A DNA stretch of 64,000 bases from the human T2T-CHM13v2.0 reference genome, Homo sapiens, in NCBI RefSeq assembly GCF_009914755.1, contig NC_060925.1; one strand, written 5' to 3'. Of this stretch, positions 1-16,045 are shown one piece after another; the first letter of the stretch is position 1, and the number at the start of each line of letters is the position of its first letter. Below the pieces are notes generated by a model. That model did no database searches and was not told where the DNA came from. It saw only the letters and a program-made list of their open reading frames with translations. Made by a program: the position numbers and the translations under genes.

Positions 1-190
1 GTTCTAAGTCTCTTAGTATTCTCCTTAGTACATGTCTCTTCACTTTCTATCACCTTATCACAGCGTTTTTTTCACCCAACCCCAATTCTGGGGAATTATT
101 TATACATGATATATGCACTGTCATAATAATGACATATTCTTAAATTGTCAATTTCTGAAACCACGTATGTGTATCACAAACTAATATGAA

Positions 191-240
191 TGTGTGTGTG
201 TGTGTGTGCGTGCACGCGCATATTTATGTGTGTGTGTATG
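191..240. repeat. Interrupted (TG)n microsatellite
   Basis: Direct reading. Confidence 0.9.
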
Positions 241-2010
241 AGTGGCTTCCTACACTTACACTCCCCTACTTGAAGAGAAGTGGTGCCGGCTCCCCCTGAA
301 ATCAGCCAATGTGGGAGGAGTACTGACACCAAAAACAAAGGAAATGAAATAGGATAACTGTGGTTTGAGGCTCACAGGTCAGATGAGAGGCAATGAATGA
401 GAAAGTCAATGAGCTGAAAATGACTTAAGTACAGGCACCTCCTAGGAATTATACCCCTAATAAATGATTGTATTGAACATTTGTTTAAACTGATGTAAAG
501 TACTTTGAAGGTTAACATCCTTTCCCTCCCTCACAATATTAAGTAGTGTAGCTTGGAGGTTGAAAGCAGATTCTGGGTTCAAATCCAGGTTCTGTCAGAT
601 TCTACCACTTACCAGCTAAATGACGTTGGACAAGTCACAATATCTCTAAGCCCTTATTTCTTTACTTGTAATGTGGGAGTACAATCTGCCCCATGAAGCT
701 CTTAAAAGGATACAGAAAAATAAAATGTGACAAACGTCTTGCATTCAATGTATAGCAAATGACTACTTGATGGTATTTTATAGGTGACAAAATAGATGCC
801 CAGAGAAGTTAATCTCCTTTCTTGGGTCCCCCCGAGTGTTAACAGCAGTGCAGGGAAGCAGTCAAGCATCCTGTCTCTGGCCCATGGCTTTTTTATCCAT
901 GTGGAGCACCAGTCCCACACAGAAATCATGTTTAGGCTACAAGTGATTTTTCATATATATCTTCTTTAATTTGCATTTGTCTGCCAAATCCACACATTAG
1001 CAAGCTCAAAACTCCAATGGAAAGGCGTATATAGGATCTTCTGGAAAATTAGATCTGGAATGACCCTAGCAGACCCAAAGAACTATGTGTGAGAAAAAAC
1101 ACAATACCCTGTTACACCCTCTTCAACTGTGGGCAGGTAGATTATTTACTTTGTGGGTTGATGTAACACAATTTTTAATCCCATGTTGGCTACGCTCTGC
1201 CACTTCCCCCCACCGTTAGTGGGTGTGTGCTCAGGCAGTGTAAACTCAGGAAGGTAATGCAAAACCAGGAAAGTAAATCTGCTTCTTATACCTCTCACCC
1301 CACATCAGCCTCCTCCTCTCTTTTTACTTCATTCTCTTCAGCTTTAAAAAAACAGAGGTAAATGTATTTTCAGTTGTCTTTGGCACAGCCCTGTTTTGGA
1401 AATCATAGACAGCCAGCTGGACCAGGAGTCAGGAAGCCAGGGGCTTTCATCTGGATCTGACATTGGTTAACTGTGGGCCTTCAGGAAAGTTAGATCAGTC
1501 CTCCAGGCTTTTGTTCCTTTTCTGTACAATGAAAAGAAGACTAGAGTATTTATGAAGTGCCCACTGTGCACCATGTGACTTCAATTGTATTACTTTATTT
1601 AATCCATAAGAGAAAGAACTCTACTAGCTAGGAATATAGATCTGTAGTATTCAAATTTAAAAATACTCAAGTTGCCCAAGGCCACAGAGGTGGCAAAGAG
1701 GAAGCTGAGTTGGAATTTGAACCTAGGACCATCAGATTCCAAATTTTATGCTTGAATGAGTTATCCAGTACAATCTATAATTTTCTTTTCTGTTCTAATA
1801 TTATGCTGTTATGTGAGCACTATTCATCAATATTTAGTTGGCTTAGTTTATTACAGTGAGTCATTCTTCCATGCCTTGGGGTCTTACTCTATATAGGCAG
1901 AAGCCCTGACTAAATTTACTACATCCCTTATTTAGTCAGCTAATACATTAGTTGTACACTCTGATATTGTAAGTAGTGGTTTTATTGCCATTAGTGAAAA
2001 TTAGTGAGCC

Positions 2011-2323
2011 ACCAGGTGTGGTGGCTCACATCTGTAATCCCAGAACTATGTGAGGCCGAGGCAGGAGGATCACTTGAGCCAAGAGTTCGAGACCATCCTG
2101 GGCAACATGGTAAGACCCCCATCTCTACAAAAAAATACAGAAATTAGCTGGATGTGGTGGTGCATGCTTGTAGTCCCAGCTACTTGGGAGGCTGAGGTGG
2201 GAGCATCACTTGAGCCCAGCAGACTGAGGTTGCAGTGAGCCAAGATCCATGCCACTGCACTCTGGCCTGAGTGACAGTGCCAGACCCTGCCTTAAAATAC
2301 ATACATACATACATATATACATA
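2011..2323 (+). mobile_element. AluJ-like with (TACA)n tail
   Basis: Dimeric Alu, heavily CpG-decayed. Confidence 0.9.
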
Positions 2324-2896
2324 AAGTAATGCTTGCCTTCATCTGATATGCTTCTTCCAATAAGAAAAAACTTTTCTTGGAAACTCTTCCCCTATCCTTC
2401 TTTGGAAACTTTATATAATTGACTGTACCTTCTATTATTTAGATTGTTTATTGACAAACCAAAATTATTTGATGTGTATGTCTAACCCATATAGAATCAG
2501 GGCATAATATGAAGGGTACTTGGTTCCTGCAAGGGTGTTTGCACAGGAATACTGGACATGAGACTACCAGCTATTCAGCATTACAGTGGAGATTTGTCCT
2601 CTTATTGTCAGGTGCCTCTCAAGTTGGACTCACATAAGAACTAAATATGTCTCAGCTATAACTTCACTACGTAATGGTTGGAAGAGGAGTGCACTGGAGT
2701 GCATCCCACTCTGTGGAGGAGAGACAGGAATACTTAATATTTCTTCTGTAGTCAACCAGGTATATCATTGAGCCTAATTCTTCACATTGCAGTTATATTC
2801 TCTAAAAGTAAATATGATGCTTATTTTAGTTGCTATTGCATCCTTAGGCTAGCCCAGTGCCTAGCACATAGTAGGTGCTCAATAAATATGTGTTAA

Positions 2897-3173
2897 GGCC
2901 GGGCGCAGTGGCTCACGCCTATAGTCCCAGCACTTTCACACGAGGTCAGGAGATTGAGACCATCTTGGCTAACGCGGTGAAACCCCATCTCTACTAAAAA
3001 TACAAAAAATTAGCTGGGCATGGTGGCGGGTGCCTGTAGTCCCAGCTACTGGGGAGGCTGAGGCAGGAGAATGGCGTGAACCCAGGGGAGGCGAAGCTTG
3101 CAGTGAGCCGAGATCGCGCCACTGCACTCCAGCCTGGGCGACAGAGCGAGACTCCGTCTCAAATAAAGAAATA
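2897..3173 (+). mobile_element. AluY-like with ~20-bp left-arm deletion, inserted in an L2 3' end
   Basis: 16-bp TSD aataaatatgtgttaa (2881-2896 / 3174-3189); gaatggcgtgaaccc Y diagnostics. Confidence 0.9.
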
Positions 3174-4749
3174 AATAAATATGTGTTAAATAAATGAACA
3201 GGACAAGACAAACCAATAGGGAAGATAATTAGGAGCACCTGGACCTGGGTTAAATGTTGGTTAGCAATTTCAATCTGCCTAAATCTTGTGATATGAGCTC
3301 CTTAAGAGCAATGACTCTTTTACTCATCTTTGTATTCCCTAGGATTTAGCCTTCATAATAGGGGCTCAAAAATTTCCATGGGATTAAATCATCTTGTAGT
3401 AAAATTATTTTAGAAGATAACATAGTGGAGGGATGCAAGAAATTCAAGTGATTTGAGAGTGATAATGATAAGGACGATAACAATCACATAATCATACAAG
3501 GTAACAGTGGAAGACAAGAGTGCTCTTCGAAAGGAGTGACGCTGTTGTTGGTGAAACTGGATCAGAAGTTGTCCAGGTAGGGGTTGTGATGTCCTCTTTC
3601 TGCTGTTTCCGTGAGTGCCAAAAGTAGAGTCAATTTATATTGATACTTTAGAGAAAGTGATTCCCTAACATTCCTCTCAGTTTTGCCCTCATCATCCCCT
3701 AATAGCCCTAAGGCCAAAATACCATAGTTATCACTGATCAGTTGTTGATTTTCCCCTCTGTTCTCATACAGAGTCACTTCCTTGGTACATGAGACCTAGG
3801 ATGAATTCCAACATCTTCCCTTCCTGGACCCAGTACTGCATCCCTCTTTCTCTCCAATGTCAACATCTCTCCAAAGGGTAGAAGGCATTTTCACTGCACC
3901 CAGGACTCCTTTCACTGCCCCATCCTCTTAAAGACAGCCATGCTCAGTGATCCCAAGCTGATTTTCTGTTATATACTGTGATGCCATAACTGATTACTTC
4001 TTCTATTAAAGAAAATAAAGATATACATTTTAATTTTAGTGAAACATCCCCTGTGGTTAAGAGGACATCCTGTTATATAAGAAGCCCAGGAGTGGGAGAA
4101 CAGAGGATTGAGTGACGCTTCATAGATTTCTGGTTGTAGGGTCAACTTAGAGACTGACTCAAAATTGACGTAAATAGGAAAACAGTAATGGCTTTGAGGG
4201 GGAATGAGTAAGCTGGTTTAAAGTCTACAGGGAGCAATATCCTACATAGATGAATAAGACAAACAAGAAATATTCTTGAATGGAGCAAGAATGTGGGAAA
4301 CATTTAAATGAGAAAACAGAGATGAAATAAAGAAATGCAGAGAGCTTTGAAGTCCACATAGAAGACTTTAGAAGATAGTAATAACTAACATTATCCACCC
4401 AGCACTCATCTAAGCTCTTTAGATATATCACTTTATGTAATCTTCACAAGTCTATGAGGTAGATACTAGTATTTTTCCCATTTAACAGATTAGGAAACCA
4501 AGGCACAAAATGATAGAGTGCCTTACCCAAAGCCACATAGCAACTAAGTGGTGAAGACAGTTGAAATTTGAAGCATAATCTCTATTCTATACTAACATTC
4601 ATTTGTCACTAACTGTGCTAGACAGTATGCTGAATCTGGCCCTAGGAATCTTAAAGAGCTATGTGTAAGAGAAAAAATATTTTTTCTACCCCTTCAATTG
4701 TCAACACATAGATTATTTACTCTGTGAATTGATGGAACACAATCTTTAA

Positions 4750-5265
<516 letters not shown>

Positions 5266-7251
5266 TGAAAGTGGTTTAGAGGAGGTCAATGGCTTAAGCA
5301 AGGTCACAGATCAAGTTTTAGCAACATTTGGCTTAAATCGGGATCAATAACCTCTGACTGTCCAGCCTGATCCTTACAGGGTCTGCCTGTCCTGGGGCCT
5401 GGGCCACGTTCCAAATTGGGTCATCTGGTGCATGCTGCCTGTCTGAAATTCCCCTTGTGGTTTTGCTCACATCTGGTGTTTTTCACTTCTCTTTCTAAAC
5501 ACGTGCTTTGATCCTATTGCTGCTACAGCAGAAAGATGTCCATGGTTCCAAGGAGCATAGCTAATTTAGTGAGAGGTGAAAGATACTCCTCTCAACAGGA
5601 CTTCTAAAAATAAACAGTATCATAGCCTCACAATGTCATGCTTGAAGCACTTCCCATAAAACCCCCAATTTAGTAACTTCTACAGTATCTCTCTACAGCC
5701 CCAAAACCTCTAACATGCCTGGACTTCTAGCCCCTCTTCTCAAATCCTCAACACATTTGAAGTCTTCCTCATGTTGTTCTTCCTTTTAGTCACTCTTGAA
5801 GTAGACTGCAAGGGTGACAAATGGTTAAATGCTTTCCATAAGAGCTCTGTAGTCGTGTTTCTCCATCAGCTCACACACACTAAGCTGGGAGCTACGTATA
5901 TTTACTTCCATAAAACCTTATCTACAAGCTTTCCTGTTTTATTTATTTTAGCAAACTTTGTTCCTCATTTCTGCCCCTACTTTATTTTAGTAAGTCTGTT
6001 TCTTAATTATAAAAGTATTTTCTTATTACCTTAAAATTTTTAGGTAAATAGAGAAGAATTTAAAAAATCCACAATTCCAGCACTTTACCATAGTCATTAT
6101 TCATTTTTTGCTTTGTTTTCTTCCAGTTTTATTTTTCTCGTATGTGTGTATGTCTTTTTGATTGTCTATTTGCTCAGTCTTTTTTTCAAATAGAATCATA
6201 ATTTACATGCAATTTTTGTGTCCCCTTCTTTCACTATTTAATATTATAAATGTTTCCCATGTTGCTACATAATCTTGCAGATAAAAAATTAGGAATGAAA
6301 ATAGATATAGATTTTAACAAAGTAAATGGGAAAGGCCTTCACTGACCTCCCATAAAGCAATAGATTGTGAATATCATTTGCAGGACCCAATTCTTCTCTG
6401 AGTTGCTGGGATTTGGAATTAAGATAAAGAAGACATAAGTGAGTAGAAAGAGGCAAAACAGCCCAATGTTTTTGGAGACCAAAGATTAATATGAAGTCAC
6501 AGATGGCTAAATTTAAGATTCAAGAGAATTAACCTGCCCTACTGAGTATGTCAGAGTCAAGGATACCCAAACAGTCCCCAGAAAAGAACAACTTATCACA
6601 GATAAGGCCAGAAGGAGGGCTGTTTGGGAAACATTCCTCCTGGGGAAAGAACACCTTCCCATGGGCTGTGGAAAATGATAAGTAAGTTACATTGTCCACT
6701 CCCATTTCCAGAGGGGTTTCAGAGAAGAAATGAGGAGGCAAGGCATTCTTCCTGTAGGAGGGGATTGTTGGGCTTCTTGGCTATGCTTTCTATTCTCTTG
6801 GTTCCTTTTTCCTTTTCAGTTGCCCCATTGGACCCCAACCCAAACTAAGAAATGTTACCCCAATGGGTTAAGTTGTCCTTACATAGCCAACATTCTTCAA
6901 TCAAACTTTCACCCTCTCTTACCTTTCTTTGCTGACCTTCCCAAACCCAAGACATCCAGCTAGCTCCCCTGTGCCATCTCATCTCTGCACACCCACCCTT
7001 ACCACACAGGGAGGCCAGTGCTGAGCAGCATCCGCATGCCTGCTTAGCAGCAACACTGAAGCCTGATGATGAATAGAGGTACAGAGGTCTGTCCAGGTTT
7101 ACTTCTTTGGAGCTGCTCTCCCTATTCTAGGAAGACCCACTGACCTATTATTTGTGTCAGGCACTTTATTCCTCACAACAATGCTGGAAGATTGGTATAA
7201 CTATTCTCAAATTACAGATGAGGAAACTGAGGTCTGGGGATCTGTCTGTGT

Positions 7252-7561
7252 CAGAGATCCCCAACCCCCGGGGCATGGACAGGTACTAGTCCATGGCCTG
7301 TTAAGAACCAGGCCATATACCCCCTGAACTCCACCTCCTGGTCAGATCTGTGGAAGCATTAGATTCTCATAGGAGCACAAACCCTATTGTGAAGTGTGCA
7401 TGGAAGGGATCTAGGATGCATGCTCCTTATGAGAATCTAATGCCTGATGATCTGCAGTGGAACAGTTTCATCCTGAAACCATCCCCACTGCTGCCCCACC
7501 TGTGGAAAAAATAGTCTTCCACAAAACAGGTCCCTGGTACCAAAAAGGTTGGGGACCGCTG
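7252..7561. mobile_element. MER1-type hAT-Charlie DNA transposon
   Basis: TIRs cagagatccccaacc / ggttggggaccgctg; 8-bp TSD-like gtctgtgt / gtctaggt. Confidence 0.85.
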
Positions 7562-7811
7562 GTCTAGGTAATAATGCATAATATTGTAGAGAGGTAAGAT
7601 AACTGAGAAAATACCCAAAGGTGCAGAGAAAAGTACAAAGCAAAATTACTCAGCATCCATTATCCCCAAAGAAGTATTGATAACTTTTAAAATATATTGC
7701 CTTTCATTGTTTCTATGTGTTCATCTATGTATATGTGTATGTGCGTATGCAAGATGATAACCCGTAATACATGAGTTTATTTTGCTTTACAAGATCAGGA
7801 TTCTGTTATTT

Positions 7812-8280
7812 CTATGAGCTTGCTAGCACTTCCATAACAAGGTACCACAACTGAGTGGCTTAAGTAACAGCAATTTGCCGTCTCACGGTTCTGGAGGTTA
7901 GAAGTCTGAGATCAAGGTGTTGGCAAATTGGTTCTTAGTGAGGACTGTGAGAAAGAATATGTCCCAGGCCTCTCTCCTGTCTTCTGCTGTTTTTCTGGAA
8001 GTCTTTGGTGTTTCTCAGCTTCTGCTGCATCACCCCAATCTCTGCCTTCCTCTCCACATGGCAGTATCCTTGGTGCATGTCTGTCTCTCCACATGGCATT
8101 CTTTTAATAAGGATAATAGTCATTTTGAATTAAGTTCCCTCCTACTTCATTATGACCTCATCTTAACTTGATTGATTATACCTACAACAACCTTATTTCC
8201 AAATAAGGTCACCTTCCGAGGTAACGGGGGTTAGGACTCCAACATATCAATTTTGGGAGGACACAATTCAACCCATAACA
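7812..8280 (-). mobile_element. MLT1-type (ERVL-MaLR) solo LTR
   Basis: ccataacaaggtaccacaactgagtggctta...gacacaattcaacccataaca, typical MLT1 termini. Confidence 0.8.
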
Positions 8281-8809
8281 ACTATTTGTACGATATTGCA
8301 TCTTATTTTTTTTCTACTTACCATTCTATGTTGACATTTTTGTGAGGGGAAAGGGCTGGCACATGCATATGTGGGCAGGGAGAGAAGGCCCAAGGGGAGC
8401 AGCACAGTGGGGAGCAACCCACAGCCTTGGGGAAGGCACGGCAGGAGAAGAGCATGGAGAAAGGGGCAGGGGAGCTGTCAGAGCATTGACCATCACCGTG
8501 GTTTTCCTGGTTCACAGGCTTCCTGAGGGCTCCTCAGAAACATGTGTTAGAAAAGAAAAGCTTTCCGGTCTGTCCAGTCTCCTCCATGACCACAGTTTCT
8601 CACCCACATACCATTGTCTGGCTTGGAATGGATCCTGGAAGGAGGACTCAAGAGAAACCATAGAAACAGACAACAGGAAGTAAGTGTGAGGGAAGTTTTG
8701 GACGGTGAAAGTATTAGATTTGTCAACTGGGAAGCAGTATAATATTATAATTAAGCCCTACATAGAGTCAAACAAATGTTTTCATATCCTACCTCTGACA
8801 CTCATTTTT

Positions 8810-9310
8810 AAAATATTTTATTTTTTGGAGCAGTTTTAGATTCACAGCAAAATTGAGCAGAAAGAATAGAAATTTCTCATATACTCCCTGTCCCCACACA
8901 TGCAAAGGCCCTCTCCATTATCAACATCCCCACACAGAGTGGTACATTTTTTACAGCTGATGAACCTACATCAACCCATCATCACCATCCAAGTCCGTAG
9001 TGTCAATTAGGATTCACTCTTGGCATCGTGCATTCTATGGGTTTGGACAAATGTATGACACGTATCCACTATTATATATCATACAGAGTATTTTCGTTCC
9101 TTAAAATCCTCTGTGCTCTGCCTCTTCATCCCTCCCGAGGACAACCCCCAGCAACTATTGACCTTTCTACTGTCTCTATAGTTCTGCTGTTTCCAGAATG
9201 TCACATAGTTGGAATCATACAGTATGAAGGCTTTTTAGATTAGCTTCTTTAACTTAATAATCTGCAGTTAAGGTTCCTCTACATCTTTTCACGTCGTGAT
9301 AGCTACATTC
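8810..9310 (-). mobile_element. Old L1M 3' fragment
   Basis: tttagattcacagcaaaattgagcag...tagttggaatcatacagtat L1M 3'UTR motifs. Confidence 0.7.
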
Positions 9311-9489
9311 ATTTTTCTGTGAGATTTTGGGCATATTGGTCTGTCTCTGTAAGCTTCCATTTCCTCATCTGATAGTAGTACCTATGCATAGGGTTGTGGT
9401 AAGAATAAAAACGAGGTGATATATGTAAAGTACTTGCCATAGCGCCTGGCAGGAAGAAGTACTTACTGTAGTGCCTGGCACTTTGTTCA

Positions 9490-10500
9490 CTCATTTATTC
9501 AACCAATATTTGTTGTCTGCTGCTTCAAGGTCTGTGTGGAATGCTAAGGATACAGTGTTAAACAAAACTGACATGGTTCCTGTCCTCATGGAAATTACAC
9601 TCTGGAGAGAAAGGTAGAGATTTAAGCAAATAAACACACAAGTAGTCTTTCATTTTAAACCATATAATAATTTGATAAAAAAACTATTTCTAAAATAGAA
9701 AAAATGGGGAAACAGATTTAATTTGGAGGGGTGGGGAGGGGATGCACTTAGGGAGAGCCACTCTGAGGAAGTAATATGAAGCTGAGACCTGAAAGTTGAT
9801 TTGGAAATAGCCAGATGAAGCGCTTTGGGTGTGGGGGAACATGGGGAAGAGTGTCCCAGGTAGAGAGAGCAGGTCCTAAGGTAATAAAGAGCTCATTGGC
9901 CCATTAGAGGAACTGAAACATCAGTGTGACTGGAGTGAAATGAACAAGGGGGAACAGGGTGCATATGAGTTTGGAGACATAGGCAGATCCCAGATATTGC
10001 AGGGAGTCATGGGATCTCATTGGATGCCTATTCTTAAGAGAATGAGCGGGACAGAAGACTCAAAGGAAGAATAATAAGGGAGGAGAGAAAACCAAAAGAG
10101 AGGAATAACACAGAATAAGGGGGCTAGAGGGTGGGTGGGTGAGAGAGACAGAGAGAAGAGAGAGAGACAGAGCAACAGAGAGAGACACAGTGAGACATTT
10201 TGAAAGTCAAAAACAGAGAGGTTGAGGAGGATGAGGGCTAAGCAGGACCGAAATTTAGCAAGTAAGAAGTCCTTTGAGACCTCTGAGACAGCAGGTTCAG
10301 TGCAACGGTCAAAGTGAAAGCTAGATTACAAGGAGTTAAGAAGTAGTATGTGGTGAGGAAGTAAAGGAAGAAAAGGAAGTTAGCATATTTTTTTAGAAGT
10401 ATTATGATGAAGGAAAAGAGAAAGTTTGGGTGATAGCTTAAGTGAGAATTCCTTCTTTATTTTTATTTTAGATTGGAACTTTTTGGGCATTTTTCTAGGC
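9490..10500 (-). mobile_element. L2 fragments
   Basis: cattcatttattcaaccaatatttg start and typical purine-rich L2 body. Confidence 0.6.
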
Positions 10501-11994
10501 TGAGGAGAAGGATCTAGTAGGTAAAGATTGAAGGCAGGAAGAGAAAGGAGAACTGATTCTGCCTTCAGGAGGCCTCATTCCTGTAGTTATTTTGCCTGCA
10601 ATCAGAAAGTAACAGACTCTGGTATCATGATCGGGCCAGAGACCTAAACGATGTGCAATTTCAGTCATAGATACGGTTAATTAAAAGACTGTACAAAGTA
10701 CTCCCATGGTTTTTAAAATTAAAACTATAAATCAATATAGTAATATTTTTAATTTCTGTATTTTAAAACAACTGGCTTTTAAAGAATTTAAAGAAATTCA
10801 TATTAGACATAATTAAGAATGTATTCTACTTGCACTCAAGTGCTGTTACTAGCTCCCTTAATATAATCCTGGTCTCATTTTTGCATTTGATAGAATCCTT
10901 TCTTTGTACTTACCCTGGACCATTTATTTAGGCCAAAGCCCTCTTAGGGTAGCCCCAGATTTCAGGTCAGTTTGGCATCAATGGCTCTTTCAAAGGAATT
11001 TCAGTTTTGATTTCCCAGTTGCTCATAGCTTTTCTTCTGACTGAAGAAGATGGAAAAGACATTGACCCTGCTGGGTTGATGGACTCATGGAACAAGCAAG
11101 TTTCATTTTGCCTGCCCAGTTTTCTTATCAGCTAGGAATGAGGTACATTTTCCATCTCACCTCCTCCCTTTTTCATACAGCAAAGGAAAAAAATTACTGA
11201 GTTTTATTTAGTTTTTTTAAACATCAAAGTTAAATATGCACATAGTTTAAAGAATCGAATATTTCTAAATTACTAATTACAAGAAACAGCATTCCCCTAC
11301 TCCACCCCTTCATTTCCCACTCCTCAGAGGAAATCACTTTCAATGCTTTCACTAAATCTTTTTTTAGGGGGAGGAGGGAAATCATTGTATCTCTAAATAG
11401 CTACCTCTTAGTTTTCTCTATTGACTTTCCACTGTGGAAGATGGGGATTCAGTTTTCGCCTCTTCCTATACCACATGGGCCTATATTTCTACGTCACTAT
11501 TAAACTGACACTCAGTGTTTATATTACTATGATCAAATAAATACTATTCACACCTGTGTTGCATAATAAATTATGATCACTTTCTTCAAAACTATTTTGC
11601 TTTCTCTGGAGTTAATAATTGTCTCATTTTTCATTTGCCTAGTTTTTCTATGCATATGCCACTAATTTAATCCATACTCCTCTGTAGTTGTTTAAGTCTC
11701 CTCTCAATATGTCCAAACAAACTTGGTATTCCATCAGTTTCATCTGGAAGAGAGCTCTTCCAGAGCCTACTGATCTGCTCCTCTCTGGGCTAACTGACTT
11801 CTAGGCCTGCTGTGCATCTGTCATCTTGGGACTTCCCTTTACCCACATCCTGGGGACTCTCTTCACCTCTGTGTTGAGTGCTCTGGTTCCTGAATTCCGC
11901 CTCTTCCTCTTTCTTGACTCACAACACTGTTTTGGTGGAGCACATTCTTCAGTAGTTTCCTAAGAGAAAGTGCAGGGAAGATATAACATTTGCC

Positions 11995-13027
<1,033 letters not shown>

Positions 13028-13751
13028 TTATTTTCTATCTGTTATCTTTCTGCTTTCCCTTCTACTTTCCAAATCTACTAAGCTTTTTTATATTTTTGCT
13101 ATCATATTTAAATTTCTAAGTTTTTTTTGTTCTCTGAATGTTCCTTTTAAAACATAGCATTCTGTTCTTATTTCATATATGCACTAGTTCTCTTATTTCT
13201 CTGGAGATATTATTAATACTTCTTGTTTTCTTTTTCTTTCAGAGATGCTGTCATTTCTGAGTTATCTTTGGAGCATTTCTCTCCAGTGTGTCAGGGTTTC
13301 AGAGAAGGCTTTCCTAATATTCAGGCTGGCTGTCAGGGTTTCCTAAGTAAGAGAAGATGGCAGAAGGCAATGGGCTTATAATCTCCTGTTTTTTCCCAGC
13401 ATGTTGTCCTTTCACACAATAGTGCCTTGTCCCTTCTCTGTCTTACTCTCCCACCAGAAAAACCTCCATTCTTGGACATCGTGGGGAAGGGGCAATCCAT
13501 CTAACAGCAAGAGGAAGAGGGGGCCTGGAGCTTTCATTGTTTCCTGAACTGATTTTCAATGCAACTTACTGTTTTTAGCCACAACTTCACCCTTATTTCC
13601 AAAAGTACCTGGTGCCACCAATTGCTGAGCATTTGGGGGATTCTGAAATGTAAAGTGAGTTGCTTTACCTTTCTCATCTGCAGGCTTAGGATTCAGCTTT
13701 CTCAGGTCTCTTGATTCAGTTACCACTCATTCATCTATGTTCTAGCTTTTA

Positions 13752-14062
13752 TTTGTTTATTTATTTATTTTTTGAGACGCAGTCTCACTCTGTCACCCAG
13801 GCTGGAGTACAGTGGTGCAATCTCGGCTAACTGCAACCCCCACCCCCGACCTTCCCGGTTCAAGTGATTCTCCTGCCTCAGCCTCCCAAGTAGCTGAGAC
13901 TACAGGCACCCGCCACCATGCCCGGCTAATTTTTGTTTTTTTAGTTGAGATGGGTTTTTACCATGTTGGCCAGGCTGGTCTTGAACTCCTGACCTCAAGT
14001 GATCCACCTGCCTCAGCCTCCCAAAGTGCTGGGATTATAGGCGTGAGCCATTGTGCCCGGCC
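13752..14062 (-). mobile_element. AluS-like
   Basis: Antisense Alu, TSD tatgttc(t/c)agctttta. Confidence 0.9.
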
Positions 14063-14675
14063 TTATGTTCCAGCTTTTAAAATTATCTTTCTTACTCTTG
14101 TCCTTTTTATATTCTTTTGTCCTTGTAGGTTTCTCCTTAAAAAAAACTCACCAAAATTCTTACTTGCTTACATATGCATAAAGAAACTCTGGAAACACGC
14201 ATAAGAAAGCATAACAGTCCTTATTTCTGGACAGGGAGAAAGTGGAAACTGAGCTGATGGGAGACATAGATGAGGGAAACGTTTCAGGCTGTGCATCTTT
14301 GTATTTTTCTGGTTTTAAAACCATGTGAATGTATCACTTAATCAAAACATTAAATTTTGGTTGAGTTCTAGGAGGGAGTGGAGCATGTGTTTAATCTGCT
14401 GTCTTTAACCAGAAGTCTCAAGTATTGTTTTTCTAAATTAGCAGCTTCAATGTTGAAACCATGAGAAGCTACCCAGCCAAAAGCCATTCCAAACAAATCC
14501 AGAGCCATAAGCAAAAATATAGACAAATTTGGCTTTGTGAAAATTAAAGATTTATGCAAAGCAAAAACCAAAAATCAGATCAAATTTAAAAAGATCAGAA
14601 AACCAAAAACAAATTGGGAAAAAATTTTGCAACAAGTATGACAAAAGGCAAATTTACTTTAAAATATGGAATTTT

Positions 14676-15088
<413 letters not shown>

Positions 15089-15493
15089 GATGAAGTTTTT
15101 ACAAAGCAATTAAACACAGATAAAAATCCAATAGAAAACAACAGGCAAAGGACATGAATATACTACACAGGTGAATACTTACAAATGGCTTTTAAATACA
15201 TGAAAAATGTTCAACCTCACTCATAAATTAAAGAATGAAAATCAGAACAATGAGAAAATCAGTTTTCACCTATTAGAACAGCAAAATTATAAAATCTGAT
15301 AATATACACTGGTGACGTAAAGATTTGGTGGGGGGGAGTCTAAAATATTTTTAGTAGGATTAAAAATTGTTACTAAATTTGCAGTGCATTTTGGTGCTAT
15401 CTATCAAAATGTTAAAGTTACATTTACCTTTTGACGCTGCAACTTCCCTATCAGACATGTATCTGCTTGCACTGGGCATTAAGACATATTTAC

Positions 15494-15596
15494 TTGCTCA
15501 CTTCAGCTGCACATATGCTAAAATTGGAAGGATACAGAGAAGATTGTCATGGCCCCTGCACAAGGATGACATGCATGAAGCATTCCATATTTTTTT
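15494..15596 (+). pseudogene. Processed U6 snRNA pseudogene
   Basis: tgctcacttcagctgcacatatgctaaaattggaaggatacagagaagatt...ggcccctgcacaaggatgac...ttccatatttttt aligns to U6 (ACAGAGA box intact), several substitutions and ~6-nt deletion; TSD aagacatatttac (15481-15493) / aatacatatttac (15600-15612). Confidence 0.93.
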
Positions 15597-15749
15597 AAAA
15601 ATACATATTTACAACGATATTCACTGCAGCATTATTTGTAGTCACAAAAACTGTAAGGAACCCAACTGCTTACAGGAGGAAATTGGCTACATAAATTACA
15701 GTATATTCATTCAGAGGGATATTAAGCAGCCAATAAAAAGAATGAGGCA

Positions 15750-16045
15750 GGCCAGGCACAGTCACTCACACTTGTAATCCCAGCACTTTGAGAGACCAAG
15801 ATGGGAAGATCAGTTGAGGCCAGGAGTTCGAGACCAGCCCGGGCAACATGGCAAGGCCTGACTCTACAAAAAATAAAAAATTAGCGAGGAGTGGTGGCAC
15901 GTACCTGTTGTCCCAACTACTTGGGAGGCTGAAGCAGGAGGATCCCCTGAGCTCAGGAGTTAGAGGTTGCAGTGAGCTATAATCACACCACAGCACTCTA
16001 GCGTGGGAGACAGAGCAAGACCTGTCTCTAAAAATAAAAATAAGA
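15750..16045 (+). mobile_element. AluJ-like
   Basis: TSD aaaaagaatgaggcag on both sides. Confidence 0.9.

Noticed and set aside
1082-1136. IPCYTLFNCG resemblance to WDR87-type WD proteins
   Set aside because: Short match; comparison with the duplicated copy favours a different frame.
15494-15596. Functional U6 snRNA gene
   Set aside because: TSDs, substitutions, internal deletion and no evident PSE/TATA upstream.
15367-15777. 136-aa ORF
   Set aside because: Chance read-through of L1M, U6 pseudogene and Alu start.
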